Assembly: GCA_029250225.1 (NCBI GenBank)
Contig: JAQWUY010000027.1
Span: 9,917 to 73,916 of the forward strand
Origin: Alphaproteobacteria bacterium
GTDB taxonomy: Bacteria; Pseudomonadota; Alphaproteobacteria; JAQWUY01
Reading direction: 5' to 3'
DNA length: 64,000 nt
This document shows positions 20,763 to 31,821 of the stretch, piece after piece. The position numbers and the translations under genes are program-made. Position 1 is the stretch's first letter, and each line of letters begins with the position of its first letter. Under the pieces are notes generated by a model that did not search any database, was not told where the DNA came from, and worked only from the letters and a program-made list of their open reading frames with translations.

Positions 20763-21512
20763 TTAGTCCTTTTTATATAAATCAATTTCCATTTCACCAA
20801 ATAATATTTTATTGGTAAAATCAGTATATTGTTTTTCATCATCGCTCAATATCAATGGATTATGCATTTTTAACGATGATTTGCTATTTTTAACACCGAC
20901 AACAATTACCCGTTTTGGCTGAAAACCAACCTTGGTAATAATTGGCAATATGCGAATTGCGCCGATGCTTGGGTGTAGATAATGCAATATTTCATCAAGT
21001 CTTTCCATTTTATGGACAATTGCAATATATCCATTTTGCTTAGTAATATTAACAGCAGTTTTAATCCAAGATTGTAAATCACAAGTACTTTCAATATTTG
21101 CAATGTTTTTTAAATCATTATCAGATTTATACGCATTATTCTTTTCAAAAGGCGGATTGGTGATTACCATATCAAACGAAGCTTTTTTTAAGTCAGTCTT
21201 AACAATATCATTATTGATGATATTAAAGTTATTTTTAAATTTATTACAATCAATATTTTTAGAATAGTATTGAGTAAAAACTTCTGATTTTTCAACCCCC
21301 GTAATATTGATTTTATCAACATCTATATTGTTATTTACAAGACGAGTTAAATAACACAAACCCAATGCACCAACACCAGCTCCCATATCGCATATGTTAC
21401 CCGATTTTATCTTGGGCGCAACCATAGCTAGTAAAACAGTATCCAAACCGGTACGGAATGAATTAACCGGTTGATTTAATTTAACTTTTTTATTTAATAA
21501 ATAATCTGTCAT
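20763..21512 (-). CDS. class I SAM-dependent N6-adenine methyltransferase, tRNA1(Val) m6A37 (YfiC/TrmN6)-like
   Basis: It carries motif I (DMGAGVGALGL) and the NPPF catalytic motif (VITNPPF). The ORF-track version (to 21839) has an implausible Cys-rich N-terminal extension overlapping the ispB 5' end. I trimmed the start to Met-110 (ATG at 21512). Confidence 0.55.
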   Translation of the reverse strand: MTDYLLNKKVKLNQPVNSFRTGLDTVLLAMVAPKIKSGNICDMGAGVGALGLCYLTRLVNNNIDVDKINITGVEKSEVFTQYYSKNIDCNKFKNNFNIINNDIVKTDLKKASFDMVITNPPFEKNNAYKSDNDLKNIANIESTCDLQSWIKTAVNITKQNGYIAIVHKMERLDEILHYLHPSIGAIRILPIITKVGFQPKRVIVVGVKNSKSSLKMHNPLILSDDEKQYTDFTNKILFGEMEIDLYKKD

Positions 21513-21579
21513 AGCTTGTTTAAAGTGTTCTTGTCTGTTATAAGTATGTAAGTATAAACCACAGTATAAGGTAATATCA

Positions 21580-22575
21580 ATGCAAAATGAAATAAAAAAT
21601 TTATTAGATATATCAAAACAGCAGATGCAACAAGTTAATGATATTATCATTAAGAATATGCAATCCGATATTGCACTAATTCCTGAACTAGCTGGATACT
21701 TAATAAATTCTGGTGGCAAGCGAATTCGCCCAATGTTAGTTTGTGCATCGTACGGTTTATTCAAGGACAAACAAACAGATAGTAATATAAACCATATTCC
21801 ATTATATTCGGCTTGCGTTGAATTTATACACACCGCCACATTATTACACGATGATGTAGTAGATGAAAGCGATTTAAGGCGTGGGAAAAAAACAGCTCAT
21901 AATATTTGGGGAAATCAAGCCACTGTACTAGTAGGCGATTTTTTATTTTCACGAGCATTTCAATTAATGTCTAATGCCGATAATACAGAAGCTACAAAAA
22001 TATTAGCAGATGCTTCAAGCAAACTAGCCGAAGGTGAAATGCTACAATTATTAACAACCAACAATTTGCGTACAACAAAAGATGAATATGTAAAAATGAT
22101 TAGCTCAAAAACCGCAGTTTTATTTTCTGCAAGTTGTAAGGTTGGGGCTTTATTAGCAGGAGCAAGCGAACAAGATCGTCAAAAACTAAGTAACTTTGGT
22201 AAAAATTTAGGTATCGCATTTCAAATGATTGATGATGCACTAGATTACCTAGAAAACAACGATGAAATAGATAAAAATATCGGTGATGATTTTAAAGAGG
22301 GTAAAATTACAATGCCGTTATTAAAAGTCTTGCAAGATGGTAACGACGAGGAAAAGAAATTCTTGGTTCGTTGCATTGAAAATATGCAACAAGAAGAAAA
22401 AGATTTAAAAACTATGTTACAACATATAAACAAATATGATGCTATACAATATACATTAAACCAAGCATTGAAATATGCTGAACTTGCAAAACAATCTCTT
22501 ACTGATTTTGAAAATAATGACTATAAAATTGCCTTAATAGATGCTGTTGATTACACTGTAAAAAGAGCTAAGTAA
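21580..22575 (+). CDS. ispB: all-trans polyprenyl diphosphate synthase (octaprenyl diphosphate synthase-like)
   Basis: 331 aa. The first and second Asp-rich motifs are present (LLHDDVVDESDLRRG; FQMIDDALDY). Confidence 0.85.
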   Translation: MQNEIKNLLDISKQQMQQVNDIIIKNMQSDIALIPELAGYLINSGGKRIRPMLVCASYGLFKDKQTDSNINHIPLYSACVEFIHTATLLHDDVVDESDLRRGKKTAHNIWGNQATVLVGDFLFSRAFQLMSNADNTEATKILADASSKLAEGEMLQLLTTNNLRTTKDEYVKMISSKTAVLFSASCKVGALLAGASEQDRQKLSNFGKNLGIAFQMIDDALDYLENNDEIDKNIGDDFKEGKITMPLLKVLQDGNDEEKKFLVRCIENMQQEEKDLKTMLQHINKYDAIQYTLNQALKYAELAKQSLTDFENNDYKIALIDAVDYTVKRAK

Positions 22576-22600
22576 TCTTAAATAATGAAAAATATAAAAA

Positions 22601-23719
22601 TCAGTAATATTCTATATCAACACTTGGGTTTTCTATTCTACGGTGTACCCACATATTTTGTATGAAACCGAATCCTACCATTGTAGTTATCATTACGGTT
22701 CCACCATATGAAATAAGGGGAAGTGGCACACCTACAACTGGGAATAATCCCATTACCATTCCTACATTAATTAATACATAAAGGAAGAAGGTAATTCCCA
22801 TTCCCATCACTACTAATTTTGCAAAAGCTGAGTATACACTGTGTGATATTATTAATATTTTATACAAGATAAATAATATTAATAACAATACAGACATAGA
22901 GCCAATAAAGCCTAGCTCTTCTGCTATTACGGTAAATATAAAATCTGTGTGATTTTCAGGTAAGAAACCAAGTTGGGTTTGTCGTCCTTGTACCAAGCCT
23001 TGCCCCGTCATACCACCTGAACCGATTGCTATTTTACTTTGTATAATATGGTAACCTTTGCCAAGGGGGTCACTTTCTGGATCAAGGAATGTAGTAATTC
23101 TTTTTTGTTGATATGGGCGTAATACTAATGACAAAACAGATGGTACTACGAGTGTAATCAGAGAAATTCCGCACAATATCCACTTCCAAGACAATCCAGC
23201 TAGAAATGCAACACTCAAACCTCCTAGTATTATCAATATCGCCGTTCCTAAATCAGGTTGACGATAAACTAAACCTGCAGGGATTAATAAAACTACTAGA
23301 ATAAAAAATACAGATTTAAACGAAGATATTTTATATTGTGAAATGCTAGTGTAATATTTAGCGAGTGCTAAAATTAAAAATATTTTCACTAATTCCGAGG
23401 GTTGTAATTTAAATATCTTTAAATCGATCCATCTTTTAGCTCCCATTCCTATATGACCAAAAAATTCAACATATATTAATAGTAAAATAGAAAATGCAAA
23501 AAATATCCAAGCCCATTTATACCAAAAACGAATATCAATAATAGCAATTGTAAACATTAATAATATAGCTAATAAAAACCTGATTCCGTGTTTAATTGCC
23601 CAAGGTGTGAAACTACCGCCTGCCACTGAAAACTGCATAACAAAGCCAACTGTTGCTAATAAAAACACACACATAAATAAAACCCAATCTATATCTTTTA
23701 TTTTTGCAATGTTCGTCAT
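22601..23719 (-). CDS. rodA: rod shape-determining protein RodA (SEDS family)
   Basis: 372 aa polytopic FtsW/RodA-family protein. Its start overlaps the stop of the upstream PBP2 gene. It is the last gene of the mreBCD-mrdA-rodA order. Confidence 0.85.
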   Translation of the reverse strand: MTNIAKIKDIDWVLFMCVFLLATVGFVMQFSVAGGSFTPWAIKHGIRFLLAILLMFTIAIIDIRFWYKWAWIFFAFSILLLIYVEFFGHIGMGAKRWIDLKIFKLQPSELVKIFLILALAKYYTSISQYKISSFKSVFFILVVLLIPAGLVYRQPDLGTAILIILGGLSVAFLAGLSWKWILCGISLITLVVPSVLSLVLRPYQQKRITTFLDPESDPLGKGYHIIQSKIAIGSGGMTGQGLVQGRQTQLGFLPENHTDFIFTVIAEELGFIGSMSVLLLILFILYKILIISHSVYSAFAKLVVMGMGITFFLYVLINVGMVMGLFPVVGVPLPLISYGGTVMITTMVGFGFIQNMWVHRRIENPSVDIEYY

Positions 23720-25539
23720 ACTGAATTTTCCAATTTATATAATTTATTTAAAACATCTCGTACCAAAGGAGCGGCAACTCCGGAACCGGAACCTCCGTGT
23801 TCAACAACACAAGAAATAGCATACTTAGGGTTTTTTGCTGGTGCATAAGCAACAAATAAGGCGTGGTCACGATATTTCCATTCCAAGTTGTAATTTTTGA
23901 TTACACCTTCTTCACTTTCGCGTTCTGACAAAGAAATTGTTCTAACCTGTGATGTCCCTGTTTTGCCTGCCATATCCCAACCACTAGTTTTATAATTTCT
24001 TGCCGTGCCACGATAATGATTTACAACATCGTACATACCTTCGCGAATTATATCTAAGTGTTTTTTATCAACGCCTAAATCAGGGAAGTTATTTTGTATT
24101 AATTCACCATTACTGCTATGCTTAGTAATTCTAGGGGTTACTTCTTTGCCCGTTGCGATGCGTGCTGTCATAACTGCTAGTTGTAAAGGTGTTGTTAAGA
24201 CAAAACCCTGACCAATTGATGATATTACAGTATCACCCTTGTACCAAGATTCATTTCTATTTTCTTGTTTCCATTGTTTCGTTGGAATTAAACCTGATGC
24301 TTGGGGAGACATTTCAAAATCATATTTAATTCCCAATCCAAATTTTTTAGACATTTTTGCAATATTATCAATACCAACTTTTAAAGACATATGGTAATAC
24401 CATACATCACAACTTTCTCTGATTGATTTAATCAACTTTATTTTACCGTGTCCTGTTTTTTTCCAACAGTGGTATTTTCGTCCTGATATTTCTGTGTATC
24501 CCCTACAAAATAGTTTTTCATCATCTACTACATTATGTTTTAAAGCAGTTAAGGCAACTATAACTTTAAATGTAGAACCTGGGGCATATTGTCCAGCTAA
24601 ACTTTTATTAACTAATTTGCTATATTTATTAGTTCTTATTTTATCCCAATCCTTATAAGAAATTCCCCCAACAAATATATTTGCATCAAAAGATGGTTGT
24701 GAATACATTGCTTTTATATCACCATTTTGTACATTCATTACCACCATTGAAGCGGAACGATGAGACGATAATTTTTTTGCAATAAATTTCTGTAAATCTA
24801 AATCAACACTAATTTCTAAGTCTTGTCCTCTAGTTGGTTGTATATCACCAATTTCATTTATGATTTGCCCACTCACATTAACTTCAACTTGTTTTGCACC
24901 AGCGGAACCACGCAAATAATTTTCATAACTCTTTTCCAATCCAGATTTACCAATTTCAAATCCAGGTACAAATTGTAATGGGTCATCTTGATCTTTTACA
25001 TCTTGCTTAGAAATTTTACCAACATATCCAACTACATGAGAAAACAAATTATTGTACAAGTATTTTCTTGTTTCACCCAAGTTAACATTAACACCAAATA
25101 AATCATTTTTATTAACTTGTAACTTGGCCATTTCACGCCAAGATATATTTTCTTTTATCAATATAGAGGTATACGGTCTTGATCGTTTTGCCTTGATTAA
25201 TATTTTTTCTGATTGTTCAGGTGATATTTTAACAATTCTTTTTAAAAAATTAAAACTTTTTTCAAATTTAGGCATTGTTTCTTTTAATATTTCCACGCGA
25301 AATATTCGTTTTGTATCGGCAATTATCCTACCGTTGGAATCACTAATCAAACCACGTTTTGGTGGAATAATATCAACTTTAAGTCTATTTTTATTTGATA
25401 AAGTTTTATATTTTTTTTCTTGTAAATGTTGTAAATAATAAAGCCTTGCCCCTAATCCCAAAAAAGAAATCCCTTGTAATGTAAACATCATAAATGAACG
25501 ACGATGTAACATTGGAATATAAGAGCGAATTTTTTGCAT
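23716..25539 (-). CDS. mrdA: penicillin-binding protein 2 (elongasome transpeptidase)
   Basis: 607 aa with an N-terminal TM anchor, a PBP dimerisation domain and a transpeptidase domain (active-site STFK; SGS and KTGT motifs). Confidence 0.85.
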   Translation of the reverse strand: MQKIRSYIPMLHRRSFMMFTLQGISFLGLGARLYYLQHLQEKKYKTLSNKNRLKVDIIPPKRGLISDSNGRIIADTKRIFRVEILKETMPKFEKSFNFLKRIVKISPEQSEKILIKAKRSRPYTSILIKENISWREMAKLQVNKNDLFGVNVNLGETRKYLYNNLFSHVVGYVGKISKQDVKDQDDPLQFVPGFEIGKSGLEKSYENYLRGSAGAKQVEVNVSGQIINEIGDIQPTRGQDLEISVDLDLQKFIAKKLSSHRSASMVVMNVQNGDIKAMYSQPSFDANIFVGGISYKDWDKIRTNKYSKLVNKSLAGQYAPGSTFKVIVALTALKHNVVDDEKLFCRGYTEISGRKYHCWKKTGHGKIKLIKSIRESCDVWYYHMSLKVGIDNIAKMSKKFGLGIKYDFEMSPQASGLIPTKQWKQENRNESWYKGDTVISSIGQGFVLTTPLQLAVMTARIATGKEVTPRITKHSSNGELIQNNFPDLGVDKKHLDIIREGMYDVVNHYRGTARNYKTSGWDMAGKTGTSQVRTISLSERESEEGVIKNYNLEWKYRDHALFVAYAPAKNPKYAISCVVEHGGSGSGVAAPLVRDVLNKLYKLENSV

Positions 25540-25547
25540 ATATTACC

Positions 25548-26000
25548 TTATTTTTTTAAAACTAATAACATATTTAATAACATTGAAATAACAAAAATTA
25601 TCAATGCTCCAAATAATAAATCATATAATTGTAATGTATTATTTATGTATGCAAATATACCGTAAATAAAATAACTAATAGTAATAACAATAAAAGATAC
25701 AATATTAATCCCTAGCAATGTATCCATTACTCTTTGATAATAGAAATATATTACTAAAACCCAAATCATTAAATATGATAAAGAATGAATGCCAAGAGTT
25801 ACATTGCTTAATGTATCTGAAAACAAACCTAATAAAAATAAATATACAAACCAAAAAGAATTAGGATTAACAATAATCCAAAAATATATTAAAGGTATAG
25901 CAAAATCTAAATAGAAACTATTATTCAAAGTAGGCAAGTTTATTAACATTACTGCAATAATAGTTGTAAAAATAGGAATTAAATTTTTTAAAATACTCAT
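25548..26000 (-). CDS. mreD: rod shape-determining protein MreD
   Basis: 150 aa hydrophobic protein lying between mreC and mrdA. Confidence 0.7.
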   Translation of the reverse strand: MSILKNLIPIFTTIIAVMLINLPTLNNSFYLDFAIPLIYFWIIVNPNSFWFVYLFLLGLFSDTLSNVTLGIHSLSYLMIWVLVIYFYYQRVMDTLLGINIVSFIVITISYFIYGIFAYINNTLQLYDLLFGALIIFVISMLLNMLLVLKK

Positions 26001-26003
26001 TTA

Positions 26004-26816
26004 CTAATTCTTTACATATCTAAATTTAACAATTCTAGCAAATAAGTTATTTTTTGTTTTTGTAAATAATTTAACTTTTGCTCTATAACCATCAACTGCT
26101 ATAACTCTTCCAACCGGAATCCCATTTGGCAACATTCCACCATCACCAGATGTAATGACTTTTTGCCCTACCTTTACAGTTTCAATATTTGCTATGAATT
26201 TAAGTGTTGGGTTTTCACTACCATCACCTTGCATTATAGATCTTTCATCACTACCAATTATAAATACTGGCAACGCAGAATTCATATCTGTTAATAACAA
26301 TACACGGGAATTATTTTTGGAAATATCGACTATCTTGCCTAATAATCCACCAATTCCCATTACACCATCATTTTTTTTAACACCGTCTTTTATACCTTTG
26401 TCCAACAATAAAGTACGATGATATATACCACCCGTATTACCAATTACACGACTAGTAATAAATGATTTTTCCAAAGAACGATTATATTTTAGTAAACTAC
26501 GGAATGTTGAATTTTCTTGTTTTAAAACATAATAACTATTTTTATAATGTTGTAATTCTAGAATTTCTGTTTTTAATTTTTCATTATTATCAACAATATC
26601 CCTGAATTCAATAATTGAATCATTTAAAAAATTAACCCACAAAACTGGTACTTCGGCAACTTTGACAACGGGGCTTGATAAATCTAATATGAAAGAACGG
26701 ATTTTAATAAGACTGTCTCTGTGCAGTGTGTCTATTAATATAGTAATAAGTGATATTACTATCCAAGCAGAAATAGATAATTTATTTAGAAATGTTCCTT
26801 CATGTTTTTGTATCAT
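26004..26816 (-). CDS. mreC: rod shape-determining protein MreC
   Basis: 270 aa with an N-terminal TM, a coiled coil and a beta-rich C-terminal domain, lying between mreB and mreD. Confidence 0.75.
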   Translation of the reverse strand: MIQKHEGTFLNKLSISAWIVISLITILIDTLHRDSLIKIRSFILDLSSPVVKVAEVPVLWVNFLNDSIIEFRDIVDNNEKLKTEILELQHYKNSYYVLKQENSTFRSLLKYNRSLEKSFITSRVIGNTGGIYHRTLLLDKGIKDGVKKNDGVMGIGGLLGKIVDISKNNSRVLLLTDMNSALPVFIIGSDERSIMQGDGSENPTLKFIANIETVKVGQKVITSGDGGMLPNGIPVGRVIAVDGYRAKVKLFTKTKNNLFARIVKFRYVKN

Positions 26817-26832
26817 ACTTCAAAATTAGATA

Positions 26833-27885
<1,053 letters not shown>

Positions 27886-27990
27886 TTAATACATATTATT
27901 AAATATATATTCATATATATAAAATGGCAACAAAAATATTTATTGCTTGAATTTGTTTTTAATCTGGTATACTTTTTGATTTAATGAATA

Positions 27991-30549
27991 GTGGAGATTA
28001 CAAAAATGAAAGAAATTTATTTAAAAGACTACAAGCCTGCAAATTACCAAGCAATCAATATCAAGCTAGATTTCAACCTTAATCCCACAGCAACTAAGGT
28101 AGTTGCAAAAACTAAATATAAAATAAACAATGGTGAAAATGATCTTGTATTAAACGGGGAAGATTTAGAATTAGAATCAATATTGATTGATAATAAAAAA
28201 CTAGATAAATCGCAATATAAACTAACGAATAAAACCTTAATTATTCCCAATGCGCCTGATGAATTTGAATTAACAATTACTACTGTTGTAAATCCGCAAG
28301 AAAACACTAAGTTAGAGGGGCTTTACATTTCATCTGATATTTTTTGCACTCAATGCGAAGCCGAAGGGTTTAGGAGAATAACATATTTTCAAGACCGACC
28401 AGATGTAATGTGCCTGTGGCAGGTATCAATCACCGCAGATAAACAAAAATATCCAATTATGTTATCTAATGGTAATGAAGGCATCGGTGATAATTACACA
28501 GATAATGGTGATGGCACGCATACTGCATTTTGGTCAGACCCATTTAAAAAACCTTGTTATTTATTTGCTTTGGTGGCCGGTGATTTAGTAGGAATTGAGA
28601 AAAAATTTGTAACTCAAAAAAAGAAAAAAGTTAAGTTAAAAATATATACTAATCACGGTAATGAAAACAGACTAGATTATGCTATGGATTCACTAGTAAG
28701 ATCGATGAAATGGGATGAAAAAGTTTGGGGGCGAACATATGAACACGATATTTTTAATATAGTTGCAGTAGATGATTTTAATATGGGGGCTATGGAAAAT
28801 ACTACATTAAATATATTTAACTCTAAATTAATACTTGCTGACAATGAAATTGCAACAGACTTAGATTACGGCCGTATTGAGAGTGTTGTCGGACACGAAT
28901 ATTTTCACAATTGGACGGGAAACCGTATTACTTGTCGCGATTGGTTTCAATTATCATTAAAAGAAGGCTTAACTGTTTTTAGAGATCAAGAGTTTTCAAG
29001 TGACGAAAGGTCAAAACCTGTTAAAAGAATAGAAGATGTTATTGAATTAAAATCTCGTCAATTTAAAGAAGATGCCTCGCCTTTAGCACACCCTGTAAGA
29101 CCAGAAAAATACGTAGAGATAAATAATTTTTATACCGCTACTGTTTATGAAAAAGGCGCAGAAGTTATTCGTATGTTAAGGACTTTACTAGGGAATAAAG
29201 ATTTTTACAAAGGAGCAGACATATACTTTGAAAAATATGACGGCACAGCAACAACCTGTGACAATTGGATAAAGTGTATGGAGCAAGCAAGTAAGAAAGA
29301 TTTAACACAATTTAAGTTATGGTATTGTCAAGCATCAACACCATACATTAATATTACGGAAAATTATACGAATAATAAATATTTCATTACTGTTAAACAA
29401 AAACTAGCAAATTCTGAGTACAAACCAATGCATATTCCAATTGCATTAGGATTATTAGATAAAAACGGCAATGAAATACAAGCAACAAATGTATATGAAC
29501 TAAAACAATGGGAACAAACTTTTGATTTAGGTGATTATGAACAAAAACCGATATTATCGTTTAACCGTTCTTTCTCGGCTCCGATTAATATATCTGGGTT
29601 AAATAACATAGATGAAAAAATAATATTATTTAAGTATGACAATGATACTTTTAATCGTTGGCAATCTGGGCAAGAGTTGTTTTACGAATGTATTAAAAAT
29701 AAAAATAATGAGGTTGCATTAAAAGGATTAACCGACGGTATAAAAAATATATTAAGTAGTGAGGAAGAACACGCATATATTGCTCAGTGTATAACAATGC
29801 CAAGTCTTGATAATATTTATCAAAATATTGATAAAAATATTAATCCTCACGATATTTATAATGATTATGTTAAATTAAATAAATCGATTTATAAACTATG
29901 TAAACTTGAAATAGATAATACTATTAAAAAGATACAGGAAAAGATGCAACAGCCATTTTCTCCGGATGCAAAAAGTGCTGGTTTAAGGTCATTAGATAAT
30001 ATATGCCAAATTCATAAATCAACAATAGATTTTAATGAAAAAGAAATGCAAAAAAGATTTAATGAAGCAAATAATATGACAACTAAGTTAAATTCATTAA
30101 AAATTATGACTGATAATAATCTAGATAATACAAGTCTTAATAATTTTTATCTTCAATACAAAGACAATACAACTGTAATGGATAAATATTTTTCAGTTCA
30201 AGCGTTATCTTTAAATATTGATGTTAATCACATCAAGGCATTAATAACAAAAAAACAGTTTAATATTAAAAACCCAAACAAAGTTCGTTCATTAATAGGT
30301 GCTTTTTCGATGAACCCGATTGCCTTTCATCAAATAAATGGCGAAGGTTACAAATTATTGGCTGATGTTGTAATTAAATTAAACACAATTAATCCACAAA
30401 TAGGCTCAAGATTAGTGCAGGCGTTTTCATCTTATAAGAAATTTGAAAAGCAATATTCTGATTTAATGGAAAAAGAATTAAATAGAATATTATCAACTGA
30501 TAATTTATCCGATGATATTTGCGAAGTCGTATCAAAAATGCTAAACTAA
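27991..30549 (+). CDS. pepN: aminopeptidase N (M1 family)
   Basis: 852 aa. It has the GAMEN motif (GAMENTTLN) and the zinc-binding HEXXH-(18)-E (HEYFHNWTGNRITCRDWFQLSLKEG). Confidence 0.9.
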   Translation: MEITKMKEIYLKDYKPANYQAINIKLDFNLNPTATKVVAKTKYKINNGENDLVLNGEDLELESILIDNKKLDKSQYKLTNKTLIIPNAPDEFELTITTVVNPQENTKLEGLYISSDIFCTQCEAEGFRRITYFQDRPDVMCLWQVSITADKQKYPIMLSNGNEGIGDNYTDNGDGTHTAFWSDPFKKPCYLFALVAGDLVGIEKKFVTQKKKKVKLKIYTNHGNENRLDYAMDSLVRSMKWDEKVWGRTYEHDIFNIVAVDDFNMGAMENTTLNIFNSKLILADNEIATDLDYGRIESVVGHEYFHNWTGNRITCRDWFQLSLKEGLTVFRDQEFSSDERSKPVKRIEDVIELKSRQFKEDASPLAHPVRPEKYVEINNFYTATVYEKGAEVIRMLRTLLGNKDFYKGADIYFEKYDGTATTCDNWIKCMEQASKKDLTQFKLWYCQASTPYINITENYTNNKYFITVKQKLANSEYKPMHIPIALGLLDKNGNEIQATNVYELKQWEQTFDLGDYEQKPILSFNRSFSAPINISGLNNIDEKIILFKYDNDTFNRWQSGQELFYECIKNKNNEVALKGLTDGIKNILSSEEEHAYIAQCITMPSLDNIYQNIDKNINPHDIYNDYVKLNKSIYKLCKLEIDNTIKKIQEKMQQPFSPDAKSAGLRSLDNICQIHKSTIDFNEKEMQKRFNEANNMTTKLNSLKIMTDNNLDNTSLNNFYLQYKDNTTVMDKYFSVQALSLNIDVNHIKALITKKQFNIKNPNKVRSLIGAFSMNPIAFHQINGEGYKLLADVVIKLNTINPQIGSRLVQAFSSYKKFEKQYSDLMEKELNRILSTDNLSDDICEVVSKMLN

Positions 30550-30570
30550 AATTAAGGTTAGAAAATAATT

Positions 30571-31818
30571 ATGCGTCCTAGTTTGTCATTATCAATAAAA
30601 CAAAAAAATGCTCCAAAAATATTGATGAAGCAACTGATAAAACTATTGCCTTTAAACGATACACAGCTAGAAGAAGTAATAAAAAAAGAGATGGAGCAAA
30701 ACCCATTTTTATTATTTAATAAAAACGAATCAACAAATGATATTACTAATTTTGATTTAAATGACGAGCAAATTAATACTCCGAGCATATATAAAATATT
30801 AATCCCGCAGATAGATGCCATATTTACAAGCAAGAAAGAATTAAAAATTGCATATGAAATGCTGGAATTAGTTGATGAAGATGGTTTTTTACGAGAACAA
30901 ATACCAAATATGAGCAATACAAAATATGATATATTGCAAAAATTACAAAAATTACACCCCGCAGGTGTGTTTTCAAGAAACCTAGTAGAATTTTATAATG
31001 CTTATTTATTAGGCACAAATCAATTAAATGAAAAATGGAAAATATTTTTAAATTCATTACACGATGTGGCACAAGGTAATACGGATGATTTAATAAACAA
31101 ACTAGGTAATAAAGAGACATTTGATATGATGATGCAAGATTTGAAATTATTGCCAACGGAGCCAGATATACCAAAAGCATTAGCACAACATATTACCCCA
31201 GATTTAATAGTAGAAAAAATAAGTGATGACTTCAAAGTTTCATTAAATTCAAATATCCACAAAATATTAAATATTGATGACGAATATGTGAATAATTTAA
31301 GAAAAGAAAATATTTTAAGTAATGATAAAAAATTTATTACGGAAAAATTTTCATCTGCAAAATGGTTAAAAAAAGCATTGTTGATGCGCGCGCAAAACCT
31401 TGTCAATATCACAGTTACAATCATATCAAAACAAAAAGAATTTATGAACGGTGGGCATTTAAACCCACTAACACTTAGTGATATTGCCAAAGATACAAAT
31501 GTTCATATTTCAACCGTATCAAGAATAGTAAATAATAAATATTTTTTATATAATGGTAAAACAACGGAATTAAAAAAAATGTTTTCGCCGTATGCAAATG
31601 GTGGTTTTAGTCAACAACAAATAATAAATAGAATTGTCGATATTATAAATAATGAAAAACAAACAAAAATTATTTTATCAGACGAACAAATAGTAAAAAA
31701 ATTAGAGCAAGAAAACATAAAGATATCAAGGCGAACTGTTGCGAAATATCGTCAAATATGTAAAATTGAATCATCAAGAAAACGCCGAGAAAAAAATATT
31801 TCTATACAAAACAATTAA
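30571..31818 (+). CDS. rpoN: RNA polymerase sigma-54 factor (short form)
   Basis: Region I is Leu/Gln-rich (LMKQLIKLLPLNDTQLEEVIKKEMEQNPFL). The C-terminal HTH (NVHISTVSRIV) and the RpoN box (RRTVAKYRQ) are present. At 415 aa it is shorter than typical RpoN. It is only 21 nt downstream of pepN. Confidence 0.8.
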   Translation: MRPSLSLSIKQKNAPKILMKQLIKLLPLNDTQLEEVIKKEMEQNPFLLFNKNESTNDITNFDLNDEQINTPSIYKILIPQIDAIFTSKKELKIAYEMLELVDEDGFLREQIPNMSNTKYDILQKLQKLHPAGVFSRNLVEFYNAYLLGTNQLNEKWKIFLNSLHDVAQGNTDDLINKLGNKETFDMMMQDLKLLPTEPDIPKALAQHITPDLIVEKISDDFKVSLNSNIHKILNIDDEYVNNLRKENILSNDKKFITEKFSSAKWLKKALLMRAQNLVNITVTIISKQKEFMNGGHLNPLTLSDIAKDTNVHISTVSRIVNNKYFLYNGKTTELKKMFSPYANGGFSQQQIINRIVDIINNEKQTKIILSDEQIVKKLEQENIKISRRTVAKYRQICKIESSRKRREKNISIQNN

Positions 31819-31821
31819 TAC

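Noticed and set aside
20763-21839. 358-aa ORF-track version of the methyltransferase gene with a 109-aa Cys-rich N-terminal extension
   Set aside because: The extension overlaps the first 260 nt of ispB on the opposite strand and has no methyltransferase homology, and the composition is odd (CCICC). The internal ATG at 21512 yields a normal-length YfiC-like protein, so the extension is treated as an artefact.
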